Below, piece by piece: positions 61,511 through 64,000 of a stretch of DNA of 64,000 nt (positions are counted from its first letter, which is position 1; the number at the start of each line of letters is the position of its first letter). The DNA lies in contig NW_015168742.1 of the NCBI RefSeq assembly GCF_001447785.1, positions 136,471 through 200,470 of the forward strand, written 5' to 3'. The position numbers and the translations under genes are program-made. The notes under the pieces were generated by a model. The model saw nothing but the letters and a program-made list of their open reading frames with translations. It did not search any database and was not told where the DNA came from. The DNA is from Gekko japonicus (taxonomy: Eukaryota).

Positions 61511-61580
61511 GTCAGATCTTGGAAGCTAAGTAGGGTCAGCCGTGATTAGTATTTGGATGAGAGACCACCAAGGAAGTCTA
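61511..61580 (+). mobile_element. 5S rRNA-derived SINE fragment
   Basis: gatcttggaagctaagtagggtcagcc...ttagtatttggatgagagacc matches the 5S internal control region. Confidence 0.8.
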
Positions 61581-61872
61581 TTGGTACAATGTCTGCCTTA
61601 ACCTTTGCACTCATAAATGCTAACTGAGATAAACCAGTTTGGTTAAATGTCCTAGTTGTACTGTATTCCTGTCAGTTGTATATTTACTTAGGCTCCCTTC
61701 CCTTGATTTCCCTTCTGCAGCTTCACGGGCTGAAAGGTATCAGAATGTTTATTTCTGTTAATTACCCAGTGCCATATTTATTTTCAGCTGGACTATCTAT
61801 ATTACCAAAATGCCCAGGGAAGGAAATTACCCCTCTATGCACACCCTCTTAACAGCTCTTCCCCCCCAACTA

Positions 61873-62140
61873 GAATGAATTAATAATTTATTGTGGTCCA
61901 TGACCAGATACAGGTTCAAACAACAAATCATTTTTAAGTACGAATGTATAGATATTAAAACAATCCAATTAGATGAACAGATATAGAATTAAAACAGAAT
62001 AGTTAATTAAAATACATATAAAAGTTAATGATAACATCATAAAACCATTTAATTATAAACCTAAAAGTTAAAACAGGCACTAAAATCTAAATCACAACTC
62101 AGAAACAGAACTAAAATTTATTACGTACTCTAATCACCTG
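61873..62140 (-). mobile_element. RTE-X-like 3' UTR fragment
   Basis: tttattgtggtccatgaccag is the reverse of the ctggtca...acc...aataaa terminus also seen at about 10173-10192. Confidence 0.5.
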
Positions 62141-62144
62141 AGCT

Positions 62145-62340
62145 TCTGTCCATTATTTTTGAGAATTATTGGTGAACAGGTAAGGTTCCAGAAGATTGGA
62201 GGTGGGCAAATGTTGTCCCCATCTTCAAGAAGGGGGAAAGGGATCCAGGTAATTACTGACCCGTCAGCTTGACGTCTATACCTGGGAAAGATTTAGAACA
62301 AATCATCAAACAGACAGTCCTTGAGCATTTAGAATGAATG
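62145..62340 (+). mobile_element. CR1 RT N-terminal fragment
   Basis: GKVPEDWRWANVVPIFKKG...DPGNY*PVSLTSIPGK. Confidence 0.9.
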
Positions 62341-62344
62341 GGGC

Positions 62345-63263
62345 TAGAGGGCAAGGGCAGGTCTTCTCAGAGTATGGGGTCTTCTTAGATCTTCCTTCCA
62401 AAAGCCTGGATGGCATGGCGTCACATCTGGCCAGTTTCCTCCTATGAGAGGGGAAATCTAAAGTTTTAAGATATTTGGCATTGTCATGATGTATCTCGTC
62501 TCCTCAGAGACCCTGAAGTTGGGAGACTTTATTACATTTTACTAGCATTCCGTGTCACAGATCCTTTGCTTAATTAAAGATTTAGCCTGATCAAAGGACT
62601 GTAACAAAAGAGTGTCAGGCTGAAGACCCATTTTTCCAAGGCCTTCTTCAACTATATGTAACCATCTCAGTTGGTAAGAAACTTGCAGTACAAGAAGGAG
62701 GACGTTCGGAAGGAGATCGCTGACATAGCTTCGATAGATCTAAGTCTTAAGCCTGAAGTGTTTCTGCTGAACTACTGGGACAATGATATGGAAGCTAGGA
62801 TCAGGGAAATTATCTCGATGCTTCTGGCTACAGCGCGTTTGACATTAGCGTCATGTTGGAGGTCTCCTCATCCTCCAACGATAGCAGCCTGGCATGAAAA
62901 AATATGGGATCAATTTGTGATGGCTAAGATAGCAGATAAAGTACATAGAGCTCAAATTTTACGGTCCTCTAACCTCAAATTTGAATCAACCTGGTTCCTG
63001 ATATTTTCATTCCTTACCTCACGGGGCATATTGCCAATAAATACCTGTTACCAAAAATGGGTTCTGATGTAACGTACTAAGAGTTGAAATTTAAAGGATG
63101 CTTTCGTTATTTGTTATTATTATCTCTGGGGCTTTAAGTTCAAAAATACCTGAATGAAGGAATTCCTACTCTTTTGTAGGAATGTCGAGTTTTTATTATT
63201 GGATTCATTGCATGTTCTTGTTTGCTTTGTTATGAAAAATGAATAAAGAGATATTAAAAAAAA
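62345..63263 (+). mobile_element. L1 ORF2 C-terminal fragment with 3' UTR and A tail
   Basis: LKPEVFLLNYW...LLATARLTLASCWRSPHPPTIAAWHEKIW; AATAAA at about 63242 followed by an A run. Confidence 0.8.
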
Positions 63264-63757
63264 AGAAGGAGAAGGCCTTTTGGGATCATATATATCTTAA
63301 GCCATTGAAGCACAGATGCCAAGAAAATCTTTACCTTGATCCTCGTTTGACCAGTTTCTAAATAAAGGAGGGAATTAGGAACACAAGGGGGAACCTGTAA
63401 AATGGCACTAAGATATTTAGGTTGTAACTTTTCAAGTAAATTCAGACTTGTAGCCGAAATACCAGTAAAGGTGCCATACAGAAGTTGGGCTATTACTTTT
63501 GCATGAAAGAGCTTCAGCGCAGCAGGTACATAGAGACCCCCCTTAGAATGTTAAAATCTCAGTATTGCATGCCTAGTCCTTTTAGCGCACTCTGCTCTCA
63601 ATTTACAATGTGCAGCATAAGACCAATTTTCCTGGAATACTATCCCAAGGTAATTTTTTTTTTTAACCCGCTCAGTTTTATTTCTCTGCATCGACCATAC
63701 ACTTTTTGGAGGGCGTTTACCAAATACCATCACTTTAGAATTATTATAATTGACAGA

Positions 63758-64000
63758 GGCCCCTGCCACACGGGCAGGAAACTGCAGAGGAGAAGTGTGG
63801 CTGTTTGCCCCGGGGCAAACTAACATGCAGTAAAGCGATCAGACCTACTGTGGAGGTTCTGTGGAGGTACTGTGGAGGTTCCATGGCAAGGGAGAGGTGC
63901 CGATCACAACACACGCCTGCGCGCAATGAAGAAGCGCGCGGCGCGGCGAACTGGTTTTCTTTTTTTGTGTACACTACGAATGCGCATGCTCCGTTGGGTG
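63758..64000. mobile_element. Harbinger-like MITE running off the window end
   Basis: ggcccctgccacacggg start; tggctgtttgccccggggcaaa and gcatgctccgttgggtg shared with 54641-55155. Confidence 0.7.

Overview
AT-rich, non-coding-looking vertebrate genomic DNA made almost entirely of transposable-element remnants. The mix of Sauria SINEs, tRNA/L2-tailed Squam3-type SINEs, 5S-derived SINEs, BovB, CR1, L2, L1, RTE-X, Penelope, Gypsy, Helitron, hAT and Harbinger-like elements points to a squamate reptile, probably a gecko (inference). I could not identify any host protein-coding gene, and every recognisable ORF is TE-derived. There are three assembly gaps. The most interesting structures: (1) two TSD-bounded L1-type inserts with no ORF2 (37200-39051 is a clear ORF1-only 'half-L1'-like unit; 3189-4377 is a shorter one); (2) four palindromic Penelope-derived elements whose arms carry minimal hammerhead-ribozyme motifs; (3) a non-autonomous Helitron that has captured hAT-MITE pieces; (4) several nested insertions whose order can be read from TSDs; (5) a head-to-head junction of a U2 snRNA fragment and 5S-derived sequence; (6) two promoter-like motif clusters. 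All family names come from motif recognition by eye, not database searches.
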